Assembly (NCBI RefSeq): GCF_009914755.1
Contig: NC_060932.1
Strand: one strand, 5' to 3'
Length of the DNA: 64,000 nucleotides
Source: the human T2T-CHM13v2.0 reference genome, Homo sapiens
Shown here: piece after piece, positions 15,206 through 28,476 of the stretch
Layout of the letters: every line of letters starts with the position of its first letter
Position numbering within the stretch: the first letter of the stretch is position 1
Notes under the pieces: model-generated
Database searches by the model: none
What the model was told of the DNA's origin: nothing
The model's input: only the letters and a program-made list of their open reading frames with translations
Made by a program: the position numbers and the translations under genes

Positions 15206-17339
15206 GTCCAGGGCTTTAGGAATAGGATTTTGTATATGACATACGTCAATGTAAATACAGTAATTACACAGTAATATCATTATTTCTAAAATAATCTTTT
15301 AAAATACAGTAAAACCACAGCTTTTTCTGAGCCAGAACCCTTAATTTTGTTATTTTTGTTGTTCCAGAAAAGAAATGTTTGAGGAAATTTATATACAGAT
15401 AAGTGCCAGGAAACAATAATAGAACCCTTGAGTCTGATATCCATAGAAAGTTCCATGTCTATGCTAGAGGAATAAATCACCCATACGAACCTTCTATTCC
15501 CCAGGGCAACCAAACTTCATAAACTGGTTTCCAGGTCCTCAAAGCAGAACTACTAGACATGACACTGTTTTTGTGTCTGTGACTTGGTTGAACTCATAGC
15601 CACACCCTCAGAAGCATGAGTGCAAATTTATGCTTAATTCAATTATATGACATGTAAACAATCAAAACAGTGGAGAAAAGCTGCCTTGGCTCAGTTTCAG
15701 ATTTGCTCACATAATTAGTATTGACCAGCGTCACCAGATAATTGCCAGTCTTGCCCAGTTTTTTAAGTAAATTTTCTATTTTCATTGAGAAATCTACTTC
15801 AGATGTGGTTTTAGAACATTTGTTTTGGATGTCTTTCTCTTGACCTAAATTGCTTTATCTCCTGTCTGCAAAGCCCCAGTAACGTTCTGACATTCAAGGC
15901 TTTTCATCAGGCCACACCTTTCAGGTGAAATCTGAGAACAGTGGAGTCAAATGAAGAGTTTCACTCCCCACAAACTCCTTTTAGCCATTGTTTTCCCTCA
16001 CGGTATTCACTTCAAGTCCATCACCCATAAACCAACTAAAATTTGATCAATATATGCTTGTTTAGGACCTTTTTTATGACTAATGCTTAAGCCAATTTAG
16101 CTTGTAAACTTAGAGTGGACTTCATCTATATTGTGTTTGATATATTGTGGTTTATTCAATAAACACTTAACAGCAACCAAAGAATTGGACCAATTGACGT
16201 GGCAGCTTTATGGATTTAGTGGATGACTGGCACTTTAAAAAATCCTTTAAAGGTCGAATAAAATAAAATATGAATCACTAGAATTAACTGTCTCTGAATA
16301 TTCTAGGACTACAAATGTTACTGTAATCAACAAACAATGAAAGAATCAAGCTGTTGGTCCACATAAAGACAGACTTCATGAAATCTTACTTCAGTTACTG
16401 TTGAGGGAGCTCTCTTGGTATGAAATAGCTCATTTTTAGTACTCAGTTGGAATGAAGTTAGTGTCACTTTTGTGTTATTTTACCTAGAGACACCTAAAAT
16501 CCTATCTTTTTTTTAACCTTTTTGAGCTTCCTTTCCCAATGGGTAGGCACATCTCACCCCTATATATGTCTCATTGTTAGATGTCGTAAGTATCTGATGA
16601 GTAGCTCTGCATAGTCCACTGATCTTCTATAAGGAAATTAATCCCTTCAGGGGAGAAAACCAGGTCTCCTCCACAGAAACAAAGTTTTATGTATACAGGA
16701 ACTGCCGTAGGTTTTATGAACCCTTAATATTTAGGGAACAGATTTGGTTGATTCTAAAAATCACCTCTGTCCCTTTTTAACTTGGTGGTATGCTTCAATT
16801 ATACTTTGTAAAATAGAAGGGACTGTGGAATGCCCCTTGACAATAGCAATGTGCAGTAGCATATATGCCCCACATTTCACTGAAACAAACCTGTTTCCAA
16901 TTCATTTTAAAGGCCTTGTGGCCTTTATAAATGTTCTGGCTGGCCACCTGATGAATATGACAAGCACTTGGCTAAGAAGACATGAATGAGGTCACTGTGG
17001 TATTTATGGCTTTCATTCTTTCCTTTGGCAAATCATAGGGTTCAACGACAGGGGAAAAAATAGTATTAATACCCTGAGTATCAAAGCATGAGTTACTCTT
17101 TTCTCCCCCTTTTATGAATCAAACTTACTATTTTCTTTTTATAATTCAGAGGATGCATCAACAAGGAATTTGAAAAGCTGATTTTGTGAGGGCATGATAT
17201 GTGTCTTCCAGGAAAATTAGCAGAATTTTGAAAACTCAAACACCTTATTTATAAAATCCAAGATTTGTAGCTTAAGTTTAACCTTTGAGTTGTTAAAAGT
17301 AGTTAATGGTATCATTTTATTAGTTATAATAACATATCA

Positions 17340-17470
17340 AATAACTATAACTGGCATGGACTGTGTGCAAAGTGCTACACTGAGGGCCTTAGAAAGTCCA
17401 AAGACACTTAAGAGATACCCTCAATGAGCTGATGGCATCATCAGGGAAATGTATACAAAGTGACTATTCA
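17340..17470 (-). mobile_element. L2 3' fragment
   Basis: actgtgtgcaaagtgctacactgagggcc...ataccctcaatgagctgat resembles an antisense L2 3' end. Confidence 0.45.
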
Positions 17471-17979
17471 AGAAAAAAATAACTGCATACTAGGATAATG
17501 AAATTTAAAATAAGACTCTATCTTTTACTAAAAATTGCATGCCAGGAGGAAGAGAAGACCAACGTAGGCAAATAGCTTCAAGTCTCTTTGCTCTTTAAAA
17601 TGTCAAAATTAAAGGCTTTATTATATTTAGATACCACCTAAAACCCTTTTTGCGGAAGCCTTTTGGGGTTAGTGGTAAGAGTGTGAGTGGGTAGATTTAG
17701 GGACATTTGGAAGAGGAAATGGGAAGAAAAGTAGCTTTTGATATTCGGAGTGATTAATATTTGGAGACATCTAATGGTACATTTTTAGAGGGGCAGCAGA
17801 ATTTATTCTTGCCCTAAAGGCTTTGTCAGGCTTTCATTAGAAAAGCAAAATCATTAATATAACACATTTAATTTACAACTGAAGACATTCTTACTGTCAT
17901 TTATCAGATGGGGGAAAAAGGTTATAGATTTATATCAATAATCTATAGAGATTAAAATGTGATCCTTGATCTCAAGGAC

Positions 17980-18856
17980 ACCTTCTGTTTATTCCTGAGC
18001 ACCTAAAACTGTGATAACCAGAAACTAAACTCTTGAACTTTCTCCCATTTCTCTTGCATATCCTATAGCTGGAAGGACACCACTAAAATTCCAGCCTTTT
18101 TCCTAGTCACACCTATGCAGTCATTATCATCTTTAGCTCTGTATTTGAAATGTCTCCTACATATTCCACCTTCCACTCTGTCCTGTACATGGTCTTTAGG
18201 CTAGCCTGCTTTTTTGACCCTCCTCCACACTGCCAACAGAGTTCTATTTCTAAAATGTAAACATGTACAAGTCACTACTCTACTTAAAACTAGCTAATAA
18301 CCATACACAGGCAAAGGATAAAGTCTAATGCATTTAGCATGGTAGTAAAAGGTCATTTGCCATCTGGCTCCCTCTTTTCTTTTCAGCCCCTTCTTCCTTC
18401 ATTGTCTCCATCCATCTTGGTTCTAGTCTCATTGAACTGTTTGCAGTTCCCCAAACCTGCTGATATATACGTCTGCCTTTTTACCTGGTGTTACTTCTCC
18501 CCATCCTTCAGAACACAGCTCAACTGTCACCTCCTCTTGACCACTGCTTTGCCGAGGGAGAGTCAGCTGTTTCTTTTTCTGTCCTTTATCATAAAACTTA
18601 GAACATATTATTGGAATTTATCATGCTTTCTGGATTGTGTGCTCTTCAAGAGCAGAGGCCATAAAGACCATTCGTCATTGACTGTCCATCATCTAGCAGT
18701 GCTCCCTAAATTTTGAGTGAGCGACTGAATGTATCTTGCTATTTTTCTTACATTGAATGTGAGTTGCTCAGTCATGGACAATATCTTATTTATCTTTGTG
18801 CTCAGAGAAGCACCTGAGAGAGATTAACACTGGCTAAATGTTTGTTGAATTAATAA
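17980..18856 (+). mobile_element. L2 LINE 3' region
   Basis: tcctccacactgccaacagagttctatttctaaaatgtaa; catccttcagaacacagctcaactgtcacctcctc; ends aaatgtttgttgaattaat. Confidence 0.8.
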
Positions 18857-19174
18857 GTTAAAAATTACCTGATATCCTGAAAATAGACTGATTGGCTAAA
18901 TTTATAGGGTAATACCTAGCTATAATATTGTCCCCAGAGGCAGTGAGATTTTTTATTATTTTAGTATATTTTTTTCTAATATAAATTGCGTAATTTATTT
19001 GCAAAAGGTGTTAATAAAATTATTTTTAAATTCTGTGTTTATAGGCTAAGATTTCTAGAATCTTTACTTTAAAAATGATAATGATAGTTTCATTTTAGAA
19101 GGTAAATATAGCACTCTTTCTCTTAGCTTATAATTACAAAACAAAATTTTTTGCAATTAGTATTTTTTAAGCTA

Positions 19175-19365
19175 AAATTACATATTGAGGGCTTAAGGCA
19201 CTGTGGTAAGCACTTTCTATGTCATTTAATGCTTACAGTAACCCTATGTGGTTTAAGTTCTCTTATTAGTCTCATTTTGCAGATACAGAAACTGAAGATT
19301 AAGAACATAACCCTGCCCAAGTTCATACAACAAACACAAAGTAAGATTGGGATCTGAGACAGTTT
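19175..19365 (-). mobile_element. MIR SINE
   Basis: ctcattttgcagatacagaaactgaag...ataaccctgcccaagttcatacaac is the antisense MIR core. Confidence 0.85.
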
Positions 19366-19619
19366 ATCATTTACAAAAACAGAATGTTAGCTATAACCCT
19401 CCTATATCCTTTTTTGCTATAAGATACTTAAGTAAAAGTCCTAGAGAGGACATTTCTCTTAATTAATAAAATATTAGTGGTATAAATCCATTTAATTATA
19501 TGCTACAATCACACGCAATGAGACAAAACAGCTTTGCCTAAAGCAGCGCTGAAAAGACCATTGTCCTCAAACGATGTGTATCAAGTACATCCAGCCATAC
19601 TGCATGTCCAGCCATACAC

Positions 19620-19762
19620 ATATATTTATTGTGTCCTAGGTACCAACTGCTCTGTTATGCACTTTATATTTGTAACCTCATTAAATACTGAAAAGCTCTG
19701 AAAACCCAATGCTATAACCACTATTTTCTAGTTGAGAAAACATATTCAGAAAGGTCACCTAA
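19620..19762 (-). mobile_element. MIR SINE remnant
   Basis: tatgcactttatatttgtaacctcattaaatact...ctattttctagttgagaaaacatattcagaaagg. Confidence 0.6.
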
Positions 19763-21030
19763 GTGCCCTTTATTAATGTTTTATTTTTTTAAATCTCTAG
19801 TTAGTGAGCAGGAAAACACAAATATAGAAAAGTGTGCAAATCTATAAAGGTTTCATACAATTAATTATCACAAAGCAAACACCCAAGTTACTATAAGGCA
19901 AGAAATAGAATCTTGGCAGTTCCCAGAAGTCCCCTTACATGCCTTCCCAAGCACAATACGATGTCTCAGACATAACCCATGATAGAGTTCTAAGACTACA
20001 GCTTAGTTCCGTCTGTTTACAAAATCTACACAAATTAAATGTTTGAATGCATATTTTGAATCTTACTTCTTTCAATACTGTTTATAAGGTTAATCCATTT
20101 TATTATGTATACTCCTGTTTCATTCCTTTTCATTGTTATATAGAATTCATTTCTTTTCATTGTTATATAGATAAATGTAAATATATATACACATATACAC
20201 ATATGTATGTATATATGTACATACATAAATTTCAGTTTTATTGTTCATAAGCACTTGGATCGGCTTCATTTTGGGTTTGCTCTTAATAATTTTGCTATGA
20301 ATCATTTTATACATGTTTCTTTGTGGCCCACATGCATGCCTTTCTCTGGGTGTATACCCAGGAGCAGAATTGCTGGATGCTATGATACATGCATATTTAA
20401 TTTTAAAAGACAATGACAAACAATTTTTCAGAATGGTTATAACAATACATACTCTGTACAGCAGTAAAAAGAGATTCAATTGCATGACATTCTCATGAAC
20501 TCAATATTTTCAACAGTTATTTGGTCTTTTTATTTTTAGCTATTCCAATGTGTATAGTGGCATATCATTGTGTTTTCAATTTGTACTGCATTGATAGCTA
20601 ATGAGAATGAACATATTTGTATATTTTATTAGTCATTTTGATATCCTTTTAAAGAATGTTTAAACCTCTTGCCAATTTTTCTATTGTATTTTATGGGCTT
20701 TATATTATTACTATTGATTTGTGGAACTTTATATTTTCTGTATAGAGCTCTTACACATTTCTTATTAGAATTATTTAGGGCTAATGGCTATTTTTGATGA
20801 TATTTTAAACAGTTTATTTTTCTTAAATTTTGTATTTCAAATGATTTTTGCTAGTATGCAAAAATACAACTGATTTAAAACTGTTCTTGTACTTAGCAAC
20901 TAAGCTGACCTATTATTCCCATAATTTATCTATAGATTATTTGGATTTTTGACATATGCAATTATAGTATCTATTAATAATGATAGGTTTATTTCTTTCT
21001 TTATGAAACATATTGTTTATTTATTTTCTT

Positions 21031-21566
21031 TTTTTATTATACTTTAAGTTTTAGGGTACATATGCACATTGTGCAGGTTAGTTACATATGTATACATGTG
21101 CCATGCTGGTGCGCTGCACCCACTAACTCGTCATCTAGCATTAGGTATATCTCCCGATGCTATCCCTCCCCCGCTGCCCCCATCCCACAACAGTCCCCAG
21201 AGTGTGATATTCCCCTTCCTGTGTCCATGTGATCTCATTGTTCAATTCCCACCTATGAGTGAGAATATGCGGTGTTTGGTTTTTTGTTCTTGTGATAGTT
21301 TACTGAGAATGATGATTTCCAATTTCATCCATGTCCCTACAAAGGACATGAACTCATCATTTTTTATGGCTGCATAGTATTCCATGGTGTATATGTGCCA
21401 CATTTTCTTAATCCAGTCTATCATTGTTGGACATTTGGGTTGGTTCCAAGTCTTTGCTATTGTGAATAATGCCACAATAAACATACGTGTGCATGTGTCT
21501 TTATAGCAGCATGATTTATAGTCCTTTGGGTATATACCCAGTAATGGGATGGCTGGGTCAAATGGG
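21031..21566 (-). mobile_element. 5'-truncated young L1 (L1PA2-like), 536 bp, with 16-bp TSD
   Basis: ORF2 C-terminus ...KQPKCPT-like WNQPKCPTMIDWIKKMW...RIFSLIGGN. 3'UTR reads GATGACGAGTTAGTGG (GAG, not the Ta ACA). TSD gtttatttattttctt at 21015-21030 and 21567-21582. Confidence 0.95.
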
Positions 21567-22171
21567 GTTTATTTATTTTCTTGGCACATTTAACTAGCTA
21601 GAATTTCCTTTACAATATGGCTTATCCCATTTACACTAATGTAATCCCTACTATATTTTGATTTAAGTTGATCATCTGCTTTTTATGTCCTGCATTTTCT
21701 ATGTACTTTTTCTTTTCTTCCCCATTTTCTTTTGGAATTATTCGCTATTTTTTTAATTTTTCAATTATACTCTAACCCTATTAGCTTTTCCTATTCCTTT
21801 TCTGTTTATTCTAGAGATTGCCACATGTATACTCCTAAATTTCTTCAAATCATTATATAAATTACTAATTTTACCTTTGACCTAAGGACCCTGGAACACT
21901 TGAACACCATTGACTTCTCGTGTATATAAATTCTTTGTATATTGTAACTTCTAGAAGATGTTATTAATATTGTTTATTAAATTTAGCATTAATTTAGATT
22001 TCCCCACATGTTTATTTTATGTTGTTGATGGTGGTGTTTTTGTTTAATTCCTCTTGAATCTACAACTTTCCATCTGGGATATCTTTCCTTCTGCCTAAAA
22101 AATATCTTTTGGTGTTTCTTTTAGTTTAGGTCTGCTAGTGATGAATTTTCTCAATTTGTTTCATTTTAAAA

Positions 22172-22213
22172 TTTTTTTCCTTTCCTTCCTTCCTTCCTTC
22201 CTTTCTTTCTTTT

Positions 22214-22247
<34 letters not shown>

Positions 22248-22293
22248 TTCCTTCCTTCCTTCCTTCCTTCCTTCCTTCCTTCCTTTCTTGTTC

Positions 22294-22357
<64 letters not shown>

Positions 22358-22363
22358 TTTTTC
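22172..22363. repeat. Compound (TTCC)n/(TTTC)n polypyrimidine microsatellite grown from an Alu tail
   Basis: 192 nt with one purine (G22290); (TTCC)5 at 22182-22201 and (TTCC)10 at 22244-22283. Confidence 0.97.
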
Positions 22364-22648
22364 GATGGAGTCTCACTCTCTTGCACTGGCTGGATAGGAG
22401 TGCAGTAGCACTATCTCAGCTCACTACAACTTCTGCCTCCCCAGTTCAAGTGCTTCTCCTGCCTCAGCCTTCAGAGTAGCTGGGATTGCAGGCACCTGCC
22501 ACCATGCCCAGCTAAATTTTGTATTTTTAGTACAGACGGGGTTTCACCATGTTGATGAGGCTGGTCTTGATCTCCTGACCTCAAGCAATCCACCCGCCTC
22601 TGCCTCCCAAAGTGCTGGGATTAGAGGCGTGAGCCACCGCACCCAGCC
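22363..22648 (-). mobile_element. AluS (Sx/Sz-like)
   Basis: Full antisense dimer: gatggagtctcactc...cctcccaaagtgctgggattagaggcgtgagccaccgcacccagcc. Confidence 0.95.
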
Positions 22649-25600
22649 TAACTTTCATTCTTGAAGGATATTGTCCCTGAGTATTAAATTCTAAGTTGAC
22701 AGTTATTCGCTTTCTTGTATTTAAAAATGTTACTGTCTTTTCTTCTGGTTTCTATTTTTTCTTTGCAGAAGATAGTTGTCAGTCTAATTATTTTTCCTTT
22801 TATATTTTCTTCATGTCCTTTCTGGTTTTAAGATATTCTTTTTTTCCCTGTTGGATTTTAGCAGTTTATTTAGATACAATTTTTTAAAAAATCTTTCTTG
22901 GGGTTCATGATACTTCTTGAATATGTGTCTTGATGGCTTTTTTCAGTTGTGGAAAATTCTCAGCAATTATCATTTTATCATTGGTCACTTATACCTCATT
23001 TTCTCACATCATTATTTCTGGGGCTCTGGTTTCATCGCTATTAGACCTTCTTAAAGTGTCCTCTATGTTTTTACCCTCTCTTCTTTAATTTACATTCTTT
23101 TTACTCACCATTAGTTTGGATAGTTTCTTCTGATCCATCTGTTGGTTTGCTTATTTGTTCTTCAATTGTGTCTAATGTGCTGTTACCTCCACTGAGGTAA
23201 TTTCTGTATAGTTCATTTTTTTCTATAATTCAAGATCTCTGGTGAACTTCTCAATAATATGTGTTTTCTCCTTAAATATATTGAACGTAACTATTCTAAA
23301 GTCTTCATTTGTCGTTTTGAATGTGTGTTTCTGTAGTCTGTTTACCTCCTTATGCTTTCTTGTCTGCTTATGCATCTGATTACTTTGATTGAGTGCTGAA
23401 CATTGTATATGAAAAATTATGGAGATAAGATTAGTCCAATACTGACATTGTCTTCCTCTAGAGATAACTTTTGATGACTTTTCATTGGCAGCTCTGCACA
23501 CTAGCAATACACTCTTATCTCACTCTATTTTCAAAGATTTAGATTATTTAAATCTGGGCTTCATTTCTTTTGAGATGCTGTATACTTCTGGTTTATTCTT
23601 CTCCTATAGTCTTTACTCCTACAGACCTTTGAAATTTTAAGCCAAAGCACTGGTGTTATACCAGCACTACCAGCAGCGCCTCTATTTTCGTTTTTGTCCT
23701 CCAATCTCCACAAGACTATTGGGAGCATTGTTTGCAATCTTCTTGGCTACTTAGCCACCTATTCAGAAATGGGCAGATACCGCTAGGAAGAAGTGGCCCC
23801 AAATGCAACATTTATCTTTCTGAATATCTGTCTTTTTCAATCTTGACCCAGTAATCTTTCCATGCCTTATTGCCCTTCCGATGTCTTCAAGTAATTTGTT
23901 TAAAAATATTTTTTCTGCTTTGCTAGTGGTCCTCAGCAGGAGGCTGTCAAGCTCACCCTATCCTTCATTACTGAAAGTGCATGTTAAAAGCCCACTTTAA
24001 ACTCTGACAAGCTGACCTATTAAATAATCGTGCCATTATGCAAACACCCAAATAAATATTTGCTTGTTAAGCCATCTTTGGAAGCTAGCCACCTATTCTA
24101 CCATTTTACCATTTTGTAAAGAATTTCCTATAGGTCACTGTTTTTAGAGCTACTTTGTAAGTTAGTGCCTCCCAACCCCTGCCAAATTTAGTTACTTTTA
24201 AAGTTAAGTAAGTCCCTTTACTCCCAAATCCAACTCTTTGATTACAAACTTTAATTATGCCCCATCGGTTTAAAACTTTTGGCTAGTTAGAAAAAAATAA
24301 AATCCATGTTACATACATAGAGCATGGCAACCCACACTTGAGTGTTTAATAAAAATAAGCCAGTTTCTGAAGGCACTCTGTGAGGAAAAATTTCAAACAT
24401 TATTTGAAAAATGGCCATTTTATTGGGGTGTGTATAGAGGCTCCCCACTGGCAATTTCGGAAAGAATGGTAAATATTTGGATATGTCAGTATTCTTGCAC
24501 TTTAAAAGAAAATAAAACCTTAATATTACAGTCACCAATTTTTAAAAAAATTAAAAACTCTCTCTCTTCATTTTTGATCAAATAGCATAGAAAGCAGTCC
24601 ACACCCATGGTGTATTTATTTACCAACCCTTTTGTTACTAAAAATATTTTGATTGTCTTTGAAACACAGCAAATGTCTTTTACCCTTTGGCACTGCCAAT
24701 TTCGTTCCATGTTCAACATAGTGCTTTGGGGGCGGGAGAGTTCTCCATCCATAAGGCCACAGATTGCAGCAGACATATGGCCACGCACAGTGGAGCATCT
24801 CTCACATTTGGAGGAATAGACTCTCTTGTCTATTACCAGTCAGGCCCCTGATGCCCCCCACGGCATTAACATTCATCCCAGTTTGGATTGCCTCTCTGAT
24901 CTGCCTCAGATGGGTTGATTAACTTTGATTAAGGGCTGAGTCTGGTCAAGTTCTAAGTCGCATGGAAAACGTTCATATGCCTCTATGGTTTCTTAATCCC
25001 TTATTACAGCTTCCTGAAAAGGAGACCGCTTTGTTTCTGGATCACCAACAGTTCCATTTGGAACCAACCACTGTTAAAGAACACACGTAAGGATAATCCC
25101 ACTTCACGGTCTGCACTACTGAACCCTCGGCCTGCACCCTGGGTATGTAGTGAGGCCCAAGGCAGATGTTCCCGGGCAAAAGCATTAGTAACAGAGCAGC
25201 TGTGCACAGAGAAGGCAGTTTAAATCTCCACTGTTTCCTGCACAGCCCCTTTTGGATTCTAATCTCCCATTTTCCCTATCCCACAGCCCTTTGACAACTT
25301 TAGAGCCAATTTTTATAAATTGAATTTAGACGCCTTGGGAGATTCACCAATGCAGGTGCTAAAGGATACTAACTCTACTGTGGCTGAGTTATTTTTAGGG
25401 CTATAGTTTAGCTGGGAAGGAAAATAAGGAGTTTCCCCCCTTCTTCTTAAGCATAACTGCCAGAAACTAAAACCATCCCTTTTCAGAGGGGAAATGCCTG
25501 CCTCCTTGCTGGGACTTGATAGCTCAAGGTTATCTGGGGAGAGGAAAGGTTATTTCAAGTACTTGGATACTTCTTCTATACTTGTATTTCCCAAGAAAAT

Positions 25601-26279
25601 AAAACACTTCTTCAAAACCGCAGTAGCCTAAAAGCAGGCAGATGTTCCTGCATGGTCCTAACTGAAAATGCCTTATCTAAGTGAATTTTCTTTTTCAGCT
25701 TGAATTACCTGGTTTCTCTGGCTATCATGAGCAGATTAACTGAATCATTGCCAAATATACTCTTGATTTTGTTTTCTTCAAGGACATATTTTTCAGCTTA
25801 AGCAAAGAGGTATAAGCTGAACAGGACCTGTGAGACACAATTTTTGTGAACACATTTTGTGATTCCAAAAGCCTGTGATGATCCTGAGAACCTGAGGTCA
25901 AATCTAGCTGCTTTAAGCATTAAAGAAAATGTTCTTGTATAGAAGGATGGAAGACTAGGACATGAATACAGTTGCCTCTTTGGTATGAGAACTCAAAATT
26001 ATCAACATATATGTGGTTTATAAAGGATACAAAAGTTTGCAGGAGCATTTTGAGGAGGTCCATGCTGCATCTGGCAAATAGAGCAGGGGACAGGTCACAT
26101 GGACTTCTGGTTCCCACCATCACTGTATTAAAAGGATGAAGTCAGGCTAAAGAGGTGCACCTACTCTGGATTATTCCACCCTCACATTCAGGTGGCATGT
26201 TAGATTCACTGCTGACTATTGCTTTGTTTCACAGTAGCCATTTCATGAGTTTGTGAGTGTCATAAGGATTAAGGGGCAC

Positions 26280-26645
26280 ACAGTTGTCGGGTTGGGTTAA
26301 CTCCTCCAACAAAGTACCCCAAATCTCAGCAGCTTTATAAAATACAAGTTGATTTCTTCTCATAGCACGGTTCAGTGGTAGCCAGGAGGGCACTCTACTT
26401 GAGATCCTTCCATTTAAAGCCTTGGAGACCTCACACACAACCCCTACAGGCAGCAGGCAGAGTGTAGAGGGTTGAGCAGGTTTTATTGGCCAGGCCTGGA
26501 AAGGGTGCACACCCCTTTACCCACATTACCTTGGCCACAGTCCAATCCCCAAGCTGCTCCTAAGGGAGGCTAGACATGTAGCTCAGCTGTGTGCCCAGGA
26601 GGAAAAGGCCAACCATTGGTGAACACCTTGCCTGACTCTGCTGTA
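26280..26645 (-). mobile_element. MaLR LTR (MLT1I/J-like)
   Basis: agggaggctagacatgtagctcagctgtgtgcccaggaggaaaagg and ggccaggcctggaaag match antisense MLT1J-type consensus. Confidence 0.78.
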
Positions 26646-27902
26646 AGCAAAATACTAAAAATTGTTCTGCTCTATCACACCAAAACCTATGCAAGAACTT
26701 TTGTATACAGACACTTCAGCTCTTTTCAAAAGGAGTCAGGAAGGGTAGCTCTTTCTTTAAAAAGGAGACTGTGAGAATAGTGAGGCGAAAAGAATGTGGC
26801 ACAGGGTAGGTACCCAGGCCATGTTTGTGGGGTCCTTTGGAGAAAAAAGTCATGCTGTCTGCATTTAATCCTTGGCATCCTAATGTTATCAGGTGATTTT
26901 GTGAGCATAAAAATAAAGCTGTACTTTTTGTAAGCGGAAAGTCTCATTATATCTGAGGTGAGTCAGGAAAGGAAGTGAAGGGAAAGTATCTATTTTTGGG
27001 TTCTGAGCACAGCTGAGGAGCCCTAGATGCTTGCCAGAGAGGCACAGCTGCAGAAGTGCTGCACGGCTGTCCATCCACCTGCACGCCGAGCCGGGTGCCA
27101 TGCTGATTTTCTCACCGTGTGTCTTGTCCTCTTTTCTGAAAGTTGTAAGAAGCAGAACCAAATATGACAGCATTTCCTCAAATGTTAAGTGCCCTTACAT
27201 GATTCTGATAAATAAAATATCCCGGGCAAGAAAAGCTTTCATCTACATAAAAGGACCTTCATCCAGTTTGCCAAATTTGACTCCCATGTATTTAAATGCA
27301 TGTTATGAGCAGCAAAATATCTTGGTCTCACTCTAATTCTATTTACCCAGCGGTGGTGGTACCTTGGTTATTAGTAACCACATCCTATCTAAATGCTTTT
27401 GAAGCACACGACAAGGACAGTTGCCAGGTACAGTAAACACCGGATTAAAGTAATATTACCAAGCACTATTTTATGAACCCATTTAAAATGGTAACCTGGC
27501 AACCAGCTTGCTTTTGTCCAAATGGATTACATAGCCATAATTTGCACTCAGAATTAATTTTCAAAAAAGTTTCTCAAAAACAAACGACAGGTCCAGGTAA
27601 ATATTTAAATGGGCACACACTTGGAAAATGTTCAGAGAGAACTTGCCATCCTAAAAGAACAATGTGGTGCTAGAAAAAAAGCCTGCCAGAATTCCTTCAA
27701 TTAAGCAATTTGAAATAAAACAAGGATTATGCTTAATCTAATTATATATATTCAGAGGCTCAGCATCTTTAAAAAACAAAATGAAAGTCAGTAAACTGAA
27801 CTACATAGATAAATTAGGGAACAAACAGGAACCCACTCTTCAGATTAGCTGAGAAAGGCCGGGCTTCATGGCCCTCATGGATTAGTAGATCCCCTATGAC
27901 AA

Positions 27903-28365
27903 TCCATTCAGTTGCTGAGAGTTAATATGTACCTCATTTGTATCTGGTGCTGTGGTGGCACTGGAAGTATTAGAGGTGAACAAAACAGATCCAGGACTTT
28001 GCTCCTTGAGCACAGAATCCAGGCATTGACAAAGGGTGGCATCTTACCACTGGAGAAGATTGGCATGTTCTAGGAGTTTATAGCACCTTAGGCTGTGGCA
28101 TCTGGATGGGCTTTCCAAAAAAAGTGAAATTAAAGTTGAATTCTGAAAGATAAATGAGAACTAAATAGAAGAAAAAAGATGAGGAGGATCGGGATTGGGA
28201 GAGAATTCTTATAGATTCCACAGTGTGTGCAAAAAGACCTAAAAATCAGAGAGGGCGTGGCAAGTTCTAGGTATTCAAAGAAGTCAGTAGGTCTAGAAAA
28301 TCATGGCAAGGGCTAGAGGGGTAGGAGAAGGGACTGCTAGGTGGACAATGGATAGATCAGAGGAC
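27903..28365 (-). mobile_element. L2 3' region
   Basis: ccattcagttgctg...ggtgctgtggtggcactggaag...aggtgaacaaaacagat; cagtgtgtgcaaaaagacct. Confidence 0.7.
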
Positions 28366-28476
28366 AAATGTTAAACACTTGGGACAGAAACATAAAAGAT
28401 GTACAACAGCAACAACAACAAAAATGAGTAAATATTTATGTATTTATATACATACATTCATAAATATATATGTATG

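Larger units (their letters stand above)
19780..23950 (-). mobile_element. Old L1M (L1ME-like) remnant, internally deleted, interrupted by L1PA2 and AluS
   Basis: 3' end-like ggcaagaaatagaatcttggcagttcccagaagtcccc; ORF2-like ctgggtgtatacccaggagcagaattgctggat; 5' region-like ttcattcttgaaggatatt and gtggaaaattctcagcaattatc. Confidence 0.78.

Noticed and set aside
22135-22479. K/E/R-rich and F/L/S-rich ORFs
   Set aside because: Translations of the microsatellite and Alu.
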